A DNA stretch of 44,934 nucleotides. It comes from Bacilli bacterium (GTDB taxonomy: Bacteria > Bacillota_I > Bacilli_A > RF39 > UBA660). The DNA lies in NCBI GenBank assembly GCA_046704245.1, contig JBJKSD010000029.1, forward strand, positions 1 to 44,934. Direction: 5' to 3'. Under the pieces are notes generated by a model. The model ran no database searches and had not been told where the DNA came from. It worked only from the letters and a program-made list of their open reading frames with translations. The translations under genes and the position numbers were made by a program. Below, one piece after another: positions 18,819 to 29,309 of the stretch; positions within the stretch are counted from its first letter, which is position 1, and every line of letters starts with the position of its first letter.

Positions 18819-20768
18819 ATGCCAAAACAAAACGTGAAAAAAGGATTATTACCATACCTTTTATTATTTATTTTTATGATTACTATTTTTTATGGTTTTA
18901 ATATATTAAATAAAGAAGTCCATATCTTAAATTATGGTGATTTAATAAAAGAGTTTGATAATAATAGTGTTAAGGATATGACTATTATTCCAAGAGATAG
19001 AGCTAAAATATATGAAATAAGAGGAACATTAAAAGATTATAAAGAAAATGAATCCTTCTTTGTTAGAGTACCTCTTACTGATGAAATAATAGCTAGAGTA
19101 CTAACATATCAAGAAAAAAATAATTTTAAATTAGAGACAGAAGCTGATCCGGAATCAAGTTCTATCATACTAGTATTAATAAATGTTTTACCTATCTTAT
19201 TTTTAATAGGTGCTACTTTCTTTATTGTTACTAGACAAATAGGTGGAGCTAATAAATCAATGGATTTTGGTAAAAGTAGAGCTAGATTACATGAAGAAAA
19301 TAAAAAAGTTACTTTTAAAGCGGTAGCTGGGTTAAAAGAAGAAAAAGAAGAAGTTAGCGAATTAATAGATTTCTTAAAAAATCCTAAGAAATTCCAAAAA
19401 TTAGGAGCTAGAATACCTAAAGGAGTATTATTAGTTGGTCCTCCAGGTACTGGCAAGACTTTATTAGCTAGAGCGGTAGCTGGAGAAGCTAATGTACCGT
19501 TCTATTATATTAGTGGTTCTGATTTTGTTGAATTATTTGTGGGCGTAGGCGCTAGCCGTGTTAGAGATATGTTTAGACAAGCTAAAAATAATGCTCCATG
19601 TTTAATATTTATTGATGAAATAGATGCTGTTGGTCGTCAAAGAGGCACTGGCCTTGGTGGTGGTCACGATGAAAGAGAACAAACTTTAAACCAATTATTA
19701 GCTGAAATGGATGGTTTTGGTTCTAACGAAGGTATTATTATCATAGCAGCAACTAATAGGCCAGATGTTTTAGATCCAGCTTTATTAAGACCGGGGCGTT
19801 TTGATCGCCAAGTAACAGTTAACTTACCCGATGTTAAAGCTAGAGAAGAAATATTAGAAGTTCACGCTGAAAATAAAATATTTAATAAGGGTGTAACTTT
19901 AGAGAATATAGCTCGAAGAACACCAGGATTTAGTGGCGCTGATTTAGAAAACTTATTAAATGAAGCAGCCTTGCTGGCTGTTCGACGTAATAAGGAATAT
20001 ATTACAATGGCTGAAATTGATGAAGCAACTGATAGAGTATTAATGGGGCCAGCTAAATTATCAAAGAAATATACTGAATATGAAAAGAAATTAGTTTCAT
20101 ATCACGAAGCTGGGCACGTCGTTTTAGGTGTTAAATTAAATGATGCTAATGTTGTTCAAAAGGTAACCATTATTCCTAGAAGCCATGCTGGCGGTTATGC
20201 TATGATGGTTCCTAGGGAAGAAAAATATACTGCAACTAAATCAGAATTATTAGATCAAATAACTGGCTTATTAGGTGGTAGAGTAGCTGAAGAAATAACT
20301 TTTAGTGAAATGACTACTGGTGCTCATAATGATTTTGAAAAAGCAACTAAAATTGCTAGAAGTATGGTAACTGAATATGGTATGAGTGATTTAGGTCCTA
20401 TGCAACTCGAACATCAAGCAGAGGGCGTCTTCTTAGGTAGAGATTATAATAAAAGCAGAAATTTCTCAGACCAAGTAGCTTTAGAAATTGACCGACAAAT
20501 ACGTAAAATTATTAATGATTGTTACGAAAAAGCAAAGAAGATGTTATTAGCTAATAAAGATTTATTAGCATTGATAGCTAATACTTTAAGAGAATATGAA
20601 ACTTTAACAAAAGAACAGATAGAATATCTAGTTGAACACGGTCATATGCCTAAAGAAGACTTAGAAGATCGTTCTTTAATTGAATTAAGGGATATGGCTA
20701 AAGATAAAGGTATTAAAAACTATCGTAAGATGACAAAAGAAGAATTAATTAAAGAACTTAATAAATAA
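18819..20768 (+). CDS. ftsH: ATP-dependent zinc metalloprotease FtsH
   Basis: Two TM segments, Walker A GPPGTGKT, Walker [13 protein letters not shown] region, HEAGH zinc site. 649 aa. Confidence 0.97.
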   Translation: MPKQNVKKGLLPYLLLFIFMITIFYGFNILNKEVHILNYGDLIKEFDNNSVKDMTIIPRDRAKIYEIRGTLKDYKENESFFVRVPLTDEIIARVLTYQEKNNFKLETEADPESSSIILVLINVLPILFLIGATFFIVTRQIGGANKSMDFGKSRARLHEENKKVTFKAVAGLKEEKEEVSELIDFLKNPKKFQKLGARIPKGVLLVGPPGTGKTLLARAVAGEANVPFYYISGSDFVELFVGVGASRVRDMFRQAKNNAPCLIFIDEIDAVGRQRGTGLGGGHDEREQTLNQLLAEMDGFGSNEGIIIIAATNRPDVLDPALLRPGRFDRQVTVNLPDVKAREEILEVHAENKIFNKGVTLENIARRTPGFSGADLENLLNEAALLAVRRNKEYITMAEIDEATDRVLMGPAKLSKKYTEYEKKLVSYHEAGHVVLGVKLNDANVVQKVTIIPRSHAGGYAMMVPREEKYTATKSELLDQITGLLGGRVAEEITFSEMTTGAHNDFEKATKIARSMVTEYGMSDLGPMQLEHQAEGVFLGRDYNKSRNFSDQVALEIDRQIRKIINDCYEKAKKMLLANKDLLALIANTLREYETLTKEQIEYLVEHGHMPKEDLEDRSLIELRDMAKDKGIKNYRKMTKEELIKELNK

Positions 20769-20793
20769 GTTCTTTTGGTTTATGGGTGATTTT

Positions 20794-21783
20794 ATGAAAT
20801 GGAAGATAGGCAATATAATTATTGATAATCAAGTATGTTTAGCACCAATGGCTGGAATAGGTAATAGTGCTTTTAGATCAATAATAAAAGAATTTGGATG
20901 TGGACTTATCTATACTGAAATGATTAGTGATAAGGCAATAATGTATGATAATAAAAAAACTATCGATATGCTTTATATTTTAGATAAAGAAAGGCCTGTA
21001 GCTGTTCAAATATTTGGTAATGATAAAGAATCTTTTATATATGCAGCTAAATATATATATGATAAAATAAAACCAGATATTATTGATATTAATATGGGGT
21101 GCCCAGTTCCTAAAGTAGCAGTTAAAAGTCAAGCTGGAGCAGCCTTATTAAAAGATCCAGATAAAATATATGATATTGTAAAAAGTGTAGTTAGTGTTGT
21201 TCCTTGTCCGATAACAGTTAAAATGAGAAGTGGTTGGGATGCTAATAGTATAAATGCTGTTGAAGTAGCTCAAGTATGTGAAAAAGCAGGAGCAAGTGCC
21301 ATTTGTATTCACCCTAGAACTAGAAGTCAAGGTTATAGCGGTAAAGCTGATTGGCATATAATAGAACAAATAAAGAGAAATGTATCTATTCCTGTTATAG
21401 GTAATGGCGATATAAAAACACCCCAAGATGCTAAAAGGATGTTAGATGAGACAAAATGTGATGCGATTATGGTAGGAAGAGGCGTTTTAGGTAATCCTTG
21501 GTTAATTAAACAAATAATAGCATATTTAGATAATGGCGAAATATTATCAATTCCTTCTTTGAAAGAAAAAGTTAATATGGGTATTGAACATTTAAAAAGA
21601 TTAATAGCCTTAAAAGGTGAGAAAATAGCTCTATTGGAAATAAGGAATCATATTGCGTGGTATGTAAGAGGATTGCCCCATGCTAATGAATTAAAAAAAG
21701 CAATATATGAAACTAAAACAAGTAAAGATTTAATTAATATCTTAAATAAATATATTAAAAATAATGAAAATATATTAAAATAG
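20794..21783 (+). CDS. dusB: tRNA-dihydrouridine synthase B
   Basis: LAPMAGIGNSAFR, DINMGCP, HPRTR and GNGDI motifs. ATG at 20794 is preferred over 20782 on SD spacing (GGGTGA). Confidence 0.9.
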   Translation: MKWKIGNIIIDNQVCLAPMAGIGNSAFRSIIKEFGCGLIYTEMISDKAIMYDNKKTIDMLYILDKERPVAVQIFGNDKESFIYAAKYIYDKIKPDIIDINMGCPVPKVAVKSQAGAALLKDPDKIYDIVKSVVSVVPCPITVKMRSGWDANSINAVEVAQVCEKAGASAICIHPRTRSQGYSGKADWHIIEQIKRNVSIPVIGNGDIKTPQDAKRMLDETKCDAIMVGRGVLGNPWLIKQIIAYLDNGEILSIPSLKEKVNMGIEHLKRLIALKGEKIALLEIRNHIAWYVRGLPHANELKKAIYETKTSKDLINILNKYIKNNENILK

Positions 21784-21796
21784 AATAGGTGATAAT

Positions 21797-22393
21797 ATGA
21801 AAGCTCACTTCTATCAGCGATTAGTAGCATATATAATAGATGTTTTTATCCTCGGTATAATAATTTCAATTTTGGGCGTTATAATTTTACCATCAAATAA
21901 TGTTAACACATTACGCGATGAAGCAGCAATTGAATTTGATAATTATATTGCCGGTGAAACTACTAACGAAGTATATGTTAATCGTATGATGCAGATATAC
22001 TATGATATTGATCACGAAACAATTGGACAGGATATAATTCAATTTACTATTTATGTTTTATATTTTATTGTCTTTCAATTTCGTAATAATGGTCAAACTA
22101 TTGGTAAAAAAATAATGAAGATTAAAATTGTTAAAAATGATAAGACACCATTAACTACTGATGATCTTGCTAAACGTAGTTTAATTATTAATGGGCTATT
22201 ATTTGCAATGATAACATTGTTAGGCATAATAACTTTAGATAAAGTTACTTATTTTGGTGTTAATGCCGTAATTGGATTTATTCAATTATCTATTATAGTT
22301 ATATCAGCTTTTATGGTATTATATAGAAAAGATGGAAGAGGTATTCAAGATTTATTTGCAGGCACTAAAGTTATTATTGATAAAGGAGAGTAA
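21797..22393 (+). CDS. RDD family membrane protein
   Basis: N-terminal YQRLVAYIIDVFILGII, central GQTIGKKIMKIKIV and C-terminal RGIQDLFAGT motifs, characteristic of RDD-domain proteins. Confidence 0.75.
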   Translation: MKAHFYQRLVAYIIDVFILGIIISILGVIILPSNNVNTLRDEAAIEFDNYIAGETTNEVYVNRMMQIYYDIDHETIGQDIIQFTIYVLYFIVFQFRNNGQTIGKKIMKIKIVKNDKTPLTTDDLAKRSLIINGLLFAMITLLGIITLDKVTYFGVNAVIGFIQLSIIVISAFMVLYRKDGRGIQDLFAGTKVIIDKGE

Positions 22394-22398
22394 TATAT

Positions 22399-23871
22399 AT
22401 GGAATTAAGTGAACAAGAAATAGTTAGAAGAAAAAAAATTGATGAAATAAAAGAACACTTTAATCCCTATCCTGAACGTTTTGAAGTTACTCATCGATTA
22501 ATAGAGGCCAAAGAATTAGCTGATGGGGCAAAAGGAGTTAAAGTGGCAGGGCGTATTGTTTTTATGCGCAAGATGGGTAAATTAACTTTTATTAAGATTA
22601 GAGATATATTTGGAGATATTCAATTATCAATTAAAAGTGATATTGTTGGCGATGAAAAATACGAAACATTTAAAGATGTTTTTGATATAGGGGATTTTAT
22701 AGGCGTTGAAGGCGAGATATTTACTACTCATACTGGTGAAAAAACCGTAAGAGCTAATTCTTATACTTTCCTAGGCAAAGCTTTAAAACCATTGCCAGAA
22801 AAATTCCATGGTTTATCAGATCCAGAACTATGTTATCGTAATAGATATGTTGATTTAATTATGAATGAGGATACTAGAAAAAGATTTTTATTGCGTTTTG
22901 AATTTATTAAACAAGTAAGAAGATATTTAGAAGATTTAAACTATATTGAAATTGAAACACCTGTTTTAATTAATAAACCATCAGGAGCAGTTGCTAAACC
23001 ATTTATTGCGCATCATAATGCTTTAGACATGGATGTTTATTTAAGAATAGCCCCTGAAACTTATTTAAAAAGAGCTATTGTAGCTGGTTTTACTAGAGTA
23101 TTTGAAGTAGCAAGATGTTTTAGAAATGAAGGGGTTGACTCTAATCATTTGCAAGATTTTACTATGATAGAGGGATATTGTGCCTATTATAATTATGAAG
23201 ATACAATGAAATTGATGAAAGATATGTTAACTACTATTATTAAAAATATCTTTGGTACTACTACTATTAGATTGGGTGAACATAATATTGATCTAGCAAC
23301 CGAATGGGAAATTATTGAATATCGAGATTTATTATTAAAGTATGTTAATATTGATATTAACGAATATGACACTAAAGAAAAATTATTAACTATAATTAAA
23401 GATAAGCAACTAGAATTAGATTCAGAAACTGATATTGATCTATTAGGATATGGTAGTTTATTAGATTTATTATATAAAAAGATGGCTAGACCTAATATCG
23501 TTAATCCTACTTTCTTAATTGGTCATCCAACTAAATTATCACCGCTAGCTAGATCTAATGATGATAATCCTGATATTACTGATCGTTTTCAATTGATAAT
23601 AAATGGAGCCGAAATAATAAATGCTTATTCTGAATTAGTTGATCCGATTGAACAAAAGAGAAGACTAGAAGAACAAGCTAAATTACGTAGAGCCGGCGAT
23701 GAAGAAGCCATGGAAATGGATAACGATTATATTGAAGCTATGGAATATGGCATGCCACCTATATCTGGTTGGGGTTTAGGTGTTGATCGTTTTATTCAAA
23801 TAATAACTGAATCACCAAATATTAGAGATAATGTTTTATTCCCATTAATGAGACCTATAAATAAAGAATAA
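22399..23871 (+). CDS. lysS: Lysine--tRNA ligase (class II)
   Basis: OB-fold N-domain (VAGRIVFMRKMGKLTFIKIRD), class II motifs FRNEG, GWGLGVDR. 490 aa. Confidence 0.96.
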   Translation: MELSEQEIVRRKKIDEIKEHFNPYPERFEVTHRLIEAKELADGAKGVKVAGRIVFMRKMGKLTFIKIRDIFGDIQLSIKSDIVGDEKYETFKDVFDIGDFIGVEGEIFTTHTGEKTVRANSYTFLGKALKPLPEKFHGLSDPELCYRNRYVDLIMNEDTRKRFLLRFEFIKQVRRYLEDLNYIEIETPVLINKPSGAVAKPFIAHHNALDMDVYLRIAPETYLKRAIVAGFTRVFEVARCFRNEGVDSNHLQDFTMIEGYCAYYNYEDTMKLMKDMLTTIIKNIFGTTTIRLGEHNIDLATEWEIIEYRDLLLKYVNIDINEYDTKEKLLTIIKDKQLELDSETDIDLLGYGSLLDLLYKKMARPNIVNPTFLIGHPTKLSPLARSNDDNPDITDRFQLIINGAEIINAYSELVDPIEQKRRLEEQAKLRRAGDEEAMEMDNDYIEAMEYGMPPISGWGLGVDRFIQIITESPNIRDNVLFPLMRPINKE

Positions 23872-23928
23872 AAAATATAATATATTAGAAATTATTGTGA
23901 TATAATTTTATTATAGGAGGTTAGAGAA

Positions 23929-25317
23929 GTGAAAAAACATAATCTATTTAAAATTATTCTTATCACTTTAGGAATAATTGCATTACTAACATGGATTATA
24001 CCAGTTAGTGATTATGGCGAAAGCGGTTTAATTTTAGGAGAAAGGATTCCAGCTGGAATATGGTCATTATTTCAATATGTTATTATGACACTACAGTATA
24101 TGGCATCACCAATTATCTTTATTCTTATAGTAGGTGGATTCTATGGTGTACTAAATAAAACTGGTGTCTATAATAAACTTATTGATATGGTAGTAACCAG
24201 ATTTAAGGGTCGTGAGAAGGTATTATTAATAGCTATTGCTATTTTATTAGCTATCATTACATCATTTACTGGATTATCATTAGCATTATTCTTCATATTC
24301 CCATTCATTATTTCAGTATTATTGATATTAGGATTTGATAGAATGAGTATACTTGCTACAACTGTAGGCAGTGTGTTAGTGGGTATCATAGGCTCTACTT
24401 ATTCAAGCAATATAGTTGAAAATATTAATTATAGTTTAGCTTTAAATTTTCAAACTGAAATAATTAGTAAGATTTTCTTATTTGTTATTGCTTTATTCTT
24501 ATTGATTACATATATTCTAAATAATCAAAAGAAAAATAGATTATCTAGAAACTATGAAGATCCACTATATTTAGAAAGCAAATCAGCTAAGAAAAAAGTA
24601 TGGCCAATGATGGTAATAAAAGATTTTATATTATTAGTAATGATCTTAGGGACTCTATCATGGCAATCAGCATTTGGTATAGATTGGTTTACTAATGCTC
24701 ATCAAGCTATTATGAATTTTAAGGTATTTGATATTCCAATCTTTAGCCATTTAATTGGTAATGTTCCAGCCTTTGGAGGATGGACTATCAATGAATTTAG
24801 TGTCTTAATATTGATTATGACTATCATTATGGCTTTAGTATATAAGATTAAATTTGATAATGCTATTGATGCTTTTGCTGAAGGAGCTAAGAAATTAATT
24901 CCAATATCATTATTAGTTGGATTAGTTTATATGGCCTTCTTTATAACATCAAATCATCTTTATTATTTCACTATTATGGATTGGTTATTAAATCTTACTA
25001 AAACATTTAATATCGTAACTATGATGTTAGTAACTATAATTGGTAGTGTATTGACAGTAGATATAACCTATTTAACAGGTATTGTTCCAATATTGGCTAG
25101 TATAATAACAGATACTACTGTTTATCCTACTATGGCTATATTAATTCAATCTATGTATGGTTTAACTATGTTTGTAGCACCAACTAGTGTTTTATTAGTT
25201 ATTGGCCTATACTACTTAGATATACCATTTATCACTTGGATTAAATATATTTATAAATATATTATTCAATTATTAATCGTTATCACAGTAATATTAACTT
25301 TAATAATATTAATATAG
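23929..25317 (+). CDS. YfcC-family (DcuC/ArsB-like) polytopic transporter
   Basis: 462 aa with at least 10 TM segments. The N-terminal ...LLTWIIPVSDYGE pattern resembles the YfcC family start. GTG start with AGGAGG SD. Assignment made from memory of the family motif only. Confidence 0.6.
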   Translation: MKKHNLFKIILITLGIIALLTWIIPVSDYGESGLILGERIPAGIWSLFQYVIMTLQYMASPIIFILIVGGFYGVLNKTGVYNKLIDMVVTRFKGREKVLLIAIAILLAIITSFTGLSLALFFIFPFIISVLLILGFDRMSILATTVGSVLVGIIGSTYSSNIVENINYSLALNFQTEIISKIFLFVIALFLLITYILNNQKKNRLSRNYEDPLYLESKSAKKKVWPMMVIKDFILLVMILGTLSWQSAFGIDWFTNAHQAIMNFKVFDIPIFSHLIGNVPAFGGWTINEFSVLILIMTIIMALVYKIKFDNAIDAFAEGAKKLIPISLLVGLVYMAFFITSNHLYYFTIMDWLLNLTKTFNIVTMMLVTIIGSVLTVDITYLTGIVPILASIITDTTVYPTMAILIQSMYGLTMFVAPTSVLLVIGLYYLDIPFITWIKYIYKYIIQLLIVITVILTLIILI

Positions 25318-25331
25318 TTAAAAAGATATAA

Positions 25332-25362
25332 AAATCTACACTTAATAGTGTAGATTTTTTTT
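25332..25362 (+). terminator. Rho-independent terminator
   Basis: AAATCTACAC-TTAATA-GTGTAGATTT hairpin plus a T8 run. Confidence 0.8.
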
Positions 25363-25438
25363 GTTATTTTTTATAAAACAGTTCCTATAATTTTAGCATT
25401 TATAGCATACAATACTAAAGAAAGGAGCATGTTTACAA

Positions 25439-27766
25439 ATGTTTGGGAAATTTACAGAAGAAGCTCAAAAAGTATTAGTAATTGCTAAGAAAGAGATGTT
25501 AGAGTTAAAACACCCTTATGTAGGCAGTGAGCATCTAGTACTAGCCATTTTAAAGCGCAATACAAATACTATTTCTAATAAATTAATAGAATATGGTATT
25601 GATTATAAAAAATTTAAACAGGAATTATTAAAAAAAGTAGGTATGGGTAGTGAAAGAAGTAATTGGTTTCTATATACTCCATTATTAAAAAGAGTAATTG
25701 AGAATGCTATTATCAATAGTAAAGAAAATAATGATGGCACTGTAACAGTTGAACATCTTTTTATTGGTTTATTAGAGGAAGGCGAAGGCGTAGCTATTAG
25801 AATATTTTTAGGTATGGGGTTAGATTTAGATCTAATTTATAAAGAAATATTAGACCATTTTAAAGTTAACTCACGCTTTAATAATAAAAGTAAATTTTTA
25901 GTTGAAGAATATGGTGTCGATATTACAAAGTTAGCAGCTGATGGTAAAGTTGATCCAGTAGTAGGACGTGAACAAGAAATACAGCGAATGTTAGAAATAT
26001 TATGCCGTAGAACTAAAAATAATCCAATACTAGTAGGAGATGCTGGTGTAGGTAAAACAGCTTTGGTAGAAGAATTAAGTAACCGTATCGTGAGTAATAA
26101 TGTGCCCCAAGTCCTTAAAAATAAGCGTATTATTGCTTTAGATATTGCATCTTTAGTTGCTGGCACTAAATATCGTGGTGAATTTGAAGAAAGAATAAAG
26201 AATGTTTTAAAAGAATTAGAGGAAAGCGATGAAATTATTTTATTTATTGATGAAATGCACACTTTAATTGGTGCGGGTGGAGCTGAGGGAGCAATTGACG
26301 CCTCTAATATTTTAAAACCAGCATTAGCTAGAAATAAAATGAAGTGTATTGGAGCTACTACGACAGCCGAATACAGTAAATATATTGAGAATGATGCAGC
26401 TTTTGAACGACGTTTTCAAAAAATTTTAATTGAAGAGCCCGATCCCAATCATTTAAAGGAAATATTAATACGCCTTAAAGCTATCTATGAATCCTATCAT
26501 AATGTTAAGGTAAGTGAAAATATTATTGATAAGATTATTGAATTATCACATAAATATATTTATGATCGCAAAGAACCAGATAAAACTATCGATCTATTAG
26601 ATGAAGTATGCGCTAAAGTTAGTTTAAAAGAAACTAGGGCATCAAAGAAAATAGAAAAATTAAAGAATAATATAGCGGATATTATCCAACAAAAGAATGA
26701 AGCAATAATTAAACAAAATTTTGATCTAGCAGCCGAATTAAAAGAAAAAGAAAAATTATTAGTAGATCAGGTAAATAAATTAGAAATGAAACTCTTTAGT
26801 AAGAAAGAAACTAAAGAAGTACAATTAAAAGATTTAGTAGAAGTAGTCAATATTAAAACTAAAATACCTATCTATGAATTGGTTAATGATGAAGTAGAAA
26901 TGGTTAAACAGGCAGATAAATATTTGCGAAAAGAAATAATTGGCCAAGATAATGTTATTAAAACTTTAATTGATATTATGAAAAGAATAAAATTTGGTTT
27001 TAAAGATGAAAACAGACCATACTCGTTTATTTTTATTGGGGCTACTGGAGTAGGAAAAACTAAATTAGCTACGCTATATAGTGAAAACCTAGTAGGTGTA
27101 TCAAATATTATTAAATTGGATATGAGTGAGTTTTCCGAACCTCATTCTATAAGTAAAATAATAGGAGCAGCACCTGGATATATTGGATATATGGATAATA
27201 AAAATGTTTCTGAGGAAATAAGGCATAAACCCCATTCTGTTATTATTGTCGATGAGATAGAAAAAGCTCATCCTAATGTTGTTAATCTATTTTTACAGAT
27301 CTTAGATGAGGGTAAATTAAAAGATGCTAAGGGATTAACTATTAGATTTGATAATAATATTATAATATTTACTTCTAATTTAGGTTTTAGTACCAATCTA
27401 GTAGGATTTAATAAAAGTAATAAACAAATTATCAATGCTGTTAAAGAAAATTTATCACTTGAATTTGTCAACCGTATAGATACAATAGTAGTATTTAATA
27501 GATTAAATGAAGATGATATTATTAAGATAATAAATAATAAAATACAATTATTAAGAGATAAAGTAAAAGAACGAAATCTTACTATAAAAATCTATAATAA
27601 TGTTATAAGAAAAATTGTTGAAGAATCAGATTATAAAGATTTCGGGGCCCGAAGAATAGATAAAATAATTAAAGAAAAGATCGAAACACAAATAATTGAT
27701 AATATTATTAAGGGTAATAAACAAATAATTATTAAAGAAATTAATGATGATAAAGTTTTAAATTAG
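25439..27766 (+). CDS. clpC: ATP-dependent Clp protease ATP-binding subunit ClpC
   Basis: Double Clp_N repeats, D1 Walker A GDAGVGKTA, UVR-like linker QNFDLAAELKEKEKLL, D2 Walker A GATGVGKTKLA. 775 aa. Confidence 0.93.
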   Translation: MFGKFTEEAQKVLVIAKKEMLELKHPYVGSEHLVLAILKRNTNTISNKLIEYGIDYKKFKQELLKKVGMGSERSNWFLYTPLLKRVIENAIINSKENNDGTVTVEHLFIGLLEEGEGVAIRIFLGMGLDLDLIYKEILDHFKVNSRFNNKSKFLVEEYGVDITKLAADGKVDPVVGREQEIQRMLEILCRRTKNNPILVGDAGVGKTALVEELSNRIVSNNVPQVLKNKRIIALDIASLVAGTKYRGEFEERIKNVLKELEESDEIILFIDEMHTLIGAGGAEGAIDASNILKPALARNKMKCIGATTTAEYSKYIENDAAFERRFQKILIEEPDPNHLKEILIRLKAIYESYHNVKVSENIIDKIIELSHKYIYDRKEPDKTIDLLDEVCAKVSLKETRASKKIEKLKNNIADIIQQKNEAIIKQNFDLAAELKEKEKLLVDQVNKLEMKLFSKKETKEVQLKDLVEVVNIKTKIPIYELVNDEVEMVKQADKYLRKEIIGQDNVIKTLIDIMKRIKFGFKDENRPYSFIFIGATGVGKTKLATLYSENLVGVSNIIKLDMSEFSEPHSISKIIGAAPGYIGYMDNKNVSEEIRHKPHSVIIVDEIEKAHPNVVNLFLQILDEGKLKDAKGLTIRFDNNIIIFTSNLGFSTNLVGFNKSNKQIINAVKENLSLEFVNRIDTIVVFNRLNEDDIIKIINNKIQLLRDKVKERNLTIKIYNNVIRKIVEESDYKDFGARRIDKIIKEKIETQIIDNIIKGNKQIIIKEINDDKVLN

Positions 27767-27767
27767 T

Positions 27768-27798
27768 AAATAGCATATAACTATGCTATTTATTTTTT
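27768..27798 (+). terminator. Rho-independent terminator
   Basis: AAATAGCATA-TAAC-TATGCTATTT hairpin plus a T-run. Confidence 0.7.
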
Positions 27799-27851
27799 CT
27801 TTATATAGTAAAGATATTATGATAAAATATGTTTAGAAACAGGTGATATTA

Positions 27852-29285
27852 ATGAAAGAAGTTAGAACAAGATTTGCACCTAGTCCAACTGGATTTATGC
27901 ATATTGGGGGTGTCAGAACAGCCTTATTTGCCTATTTGATTGCTAAAAAAAATAATGGTAAATTTATTTTAAGAATTGAAGATACTGACCAACAACGTTA
28001 TATAGAAGGTGCTATTGATGTCATATATAATACTTTAAAAGATTTAGGTTTAATATGGGATGAAGGTCCAGATGTAGGAGGCCTTTATGCCCCTTATATT
28101 CAAAGTGAAAGAAAGAATAACTATATTGATTATGCCAAACAATTAATTAAAGAAGGTAAAGCTTATTATTGTTTTTGTGATGAAGAAAGACTTAAGGAAT
28201 TAAAGGAAAGAGATGAAAAGGCAGGAATTCCCTATAAATATGATGGCTATTGCCGCGATATGTCACTAGAAAATGCTAAAGAAAGAATAGCTAATGGCGA
28301 AAAGTATGTTATTAGATTTAAAATGCCCAAAGAAGGCACTACTACTTTTTATGATCATGTATATGGTGAGGTATCGGTAGATAATATTGAATTAGAAGAT
28401 TTAGTAATGATTAAATCAGACGGTATGGCTACTTATAATTTTGCTAATATTATTGATGATCATGGTATGAATATTACCCATATTGTAAGAGGAAATGAAT
28501 ATATATCGTCTACTCCTAAGTATGTATTAATCTATCAAGCCTTTGGGTGGGAAGTCCCAGCATTTGTCCACTTGCCTGTAATTAAGAAGAATATTAGTTC
28601 CGATAAAAAATTAAGTAAGCGCGATGGTGATTCAACTGTTGAAGTGTTGAAAGAAAAAGGTTATTTAAATGAAGCTATTATTAATATGTTAGCGTTAACC
28701 GGATGGAGTCCGGGTAATGAAGAAGAGATCTTTACGTTAGAAGAATTGACTAAGATTTTTGATGTTTCAAGAATAAGTAAAGGTAACGCTATTTTTGATG
28801 TCGATAAACTTAATTGGATTAATAGTCAATATATGAAGAAATTATCAATTGATGAAATAATGGCTTTAACTATCCCTCATTTAAAAGAAAAATATGATAT
28901 AAGTAATAAAAGTGATGAATGGTTAAAAGAATTAGTAACTTTATATCGTAATCAAATATCATATGGAGCGGAAATTGTTGAAGTGGCCGATTTATTCTTT
29001 AAAGAAGATATTGACCTAGATGATGAATGTAGGGAAATAATAAACCAAGATGATGCTGATAAAGTAATTAAGGCATTTATTGATGAAATTAGTAATATTA
29101 GTGATTGGACTATCGATAATATTAATATGGCTATTAATAATACTAAACAAATAACTAATATTAATGGAAAATTATTATATATGCCAATAAGAATTAAGAT
29201 TACTGGTCAAATGCACGGACCAGAATTACCTAATACTATTCATTTATTGGGTAAGGAATGTGTATTAAAAAGATTAACTAAATAA
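27852..29285 (+). CDS. gltX: Glutamate--tRNA ligase
   Basis: MKEVRTRFAPSPTGFMHIGGVRTALF (HIGH-type motif), KLSKRDG. ATG at 27852 is preferred over the track's GTG at 27843, which lies inside the SD. Confidence 0.95.
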   Translation: MKEVRTRFAPSPTGFMHIGGVRTALFAYLIAKKNNGKFILRIEDTDQQRYIEGAIDVIYNTLKDLGLIWDEGPDVGGLYAPYIQSERKNNYIDYAKQLIKEGKAYYCFCDEERLKELKERDEKAGIPYKYDGYCRDMSLENAKERIANGEKYVIRFKMPKEGTTTFYDHVYGEVSVDNIELEDLVMIKSDGMATYNFANIIDDHGMNITHIVRGNEYISSTPKYVLIYQAFGWEVPAFVHLPVIKKNISSDKKLSKRDGDSTVEVLKEKGYLNEAIINMLALTGWSPGNEEEIFTLEELTKIFDVSRISKGNAIFDVDKLNWINSQYMKKLSIDEIMALTIPHLKEKYDISNKSDEWLKELVTLYRNQISYGAEIVEVADLFFKEDIDLDDECREIINQDDADKVIKAFIDEISNISDWTIDNINMAINNTKQITNINGKLLYMPIRIKITGQMHGPELPNTIHLLGKECVLKRLTK

Positions 29286-29309
29286 TAAATTAAGATAGGG
29301 AGGAATAAA

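Noticed and set aside
27641-27653. GC-rich near-palindrome TTCGGGGCCCGAA inside clpC
   Set aside because: Only the central GGGCCC is truly palindromic, it occurs once, and it encodes F-G-A-R in a conserved context. It is not comparable to the triple CCCGGG element.
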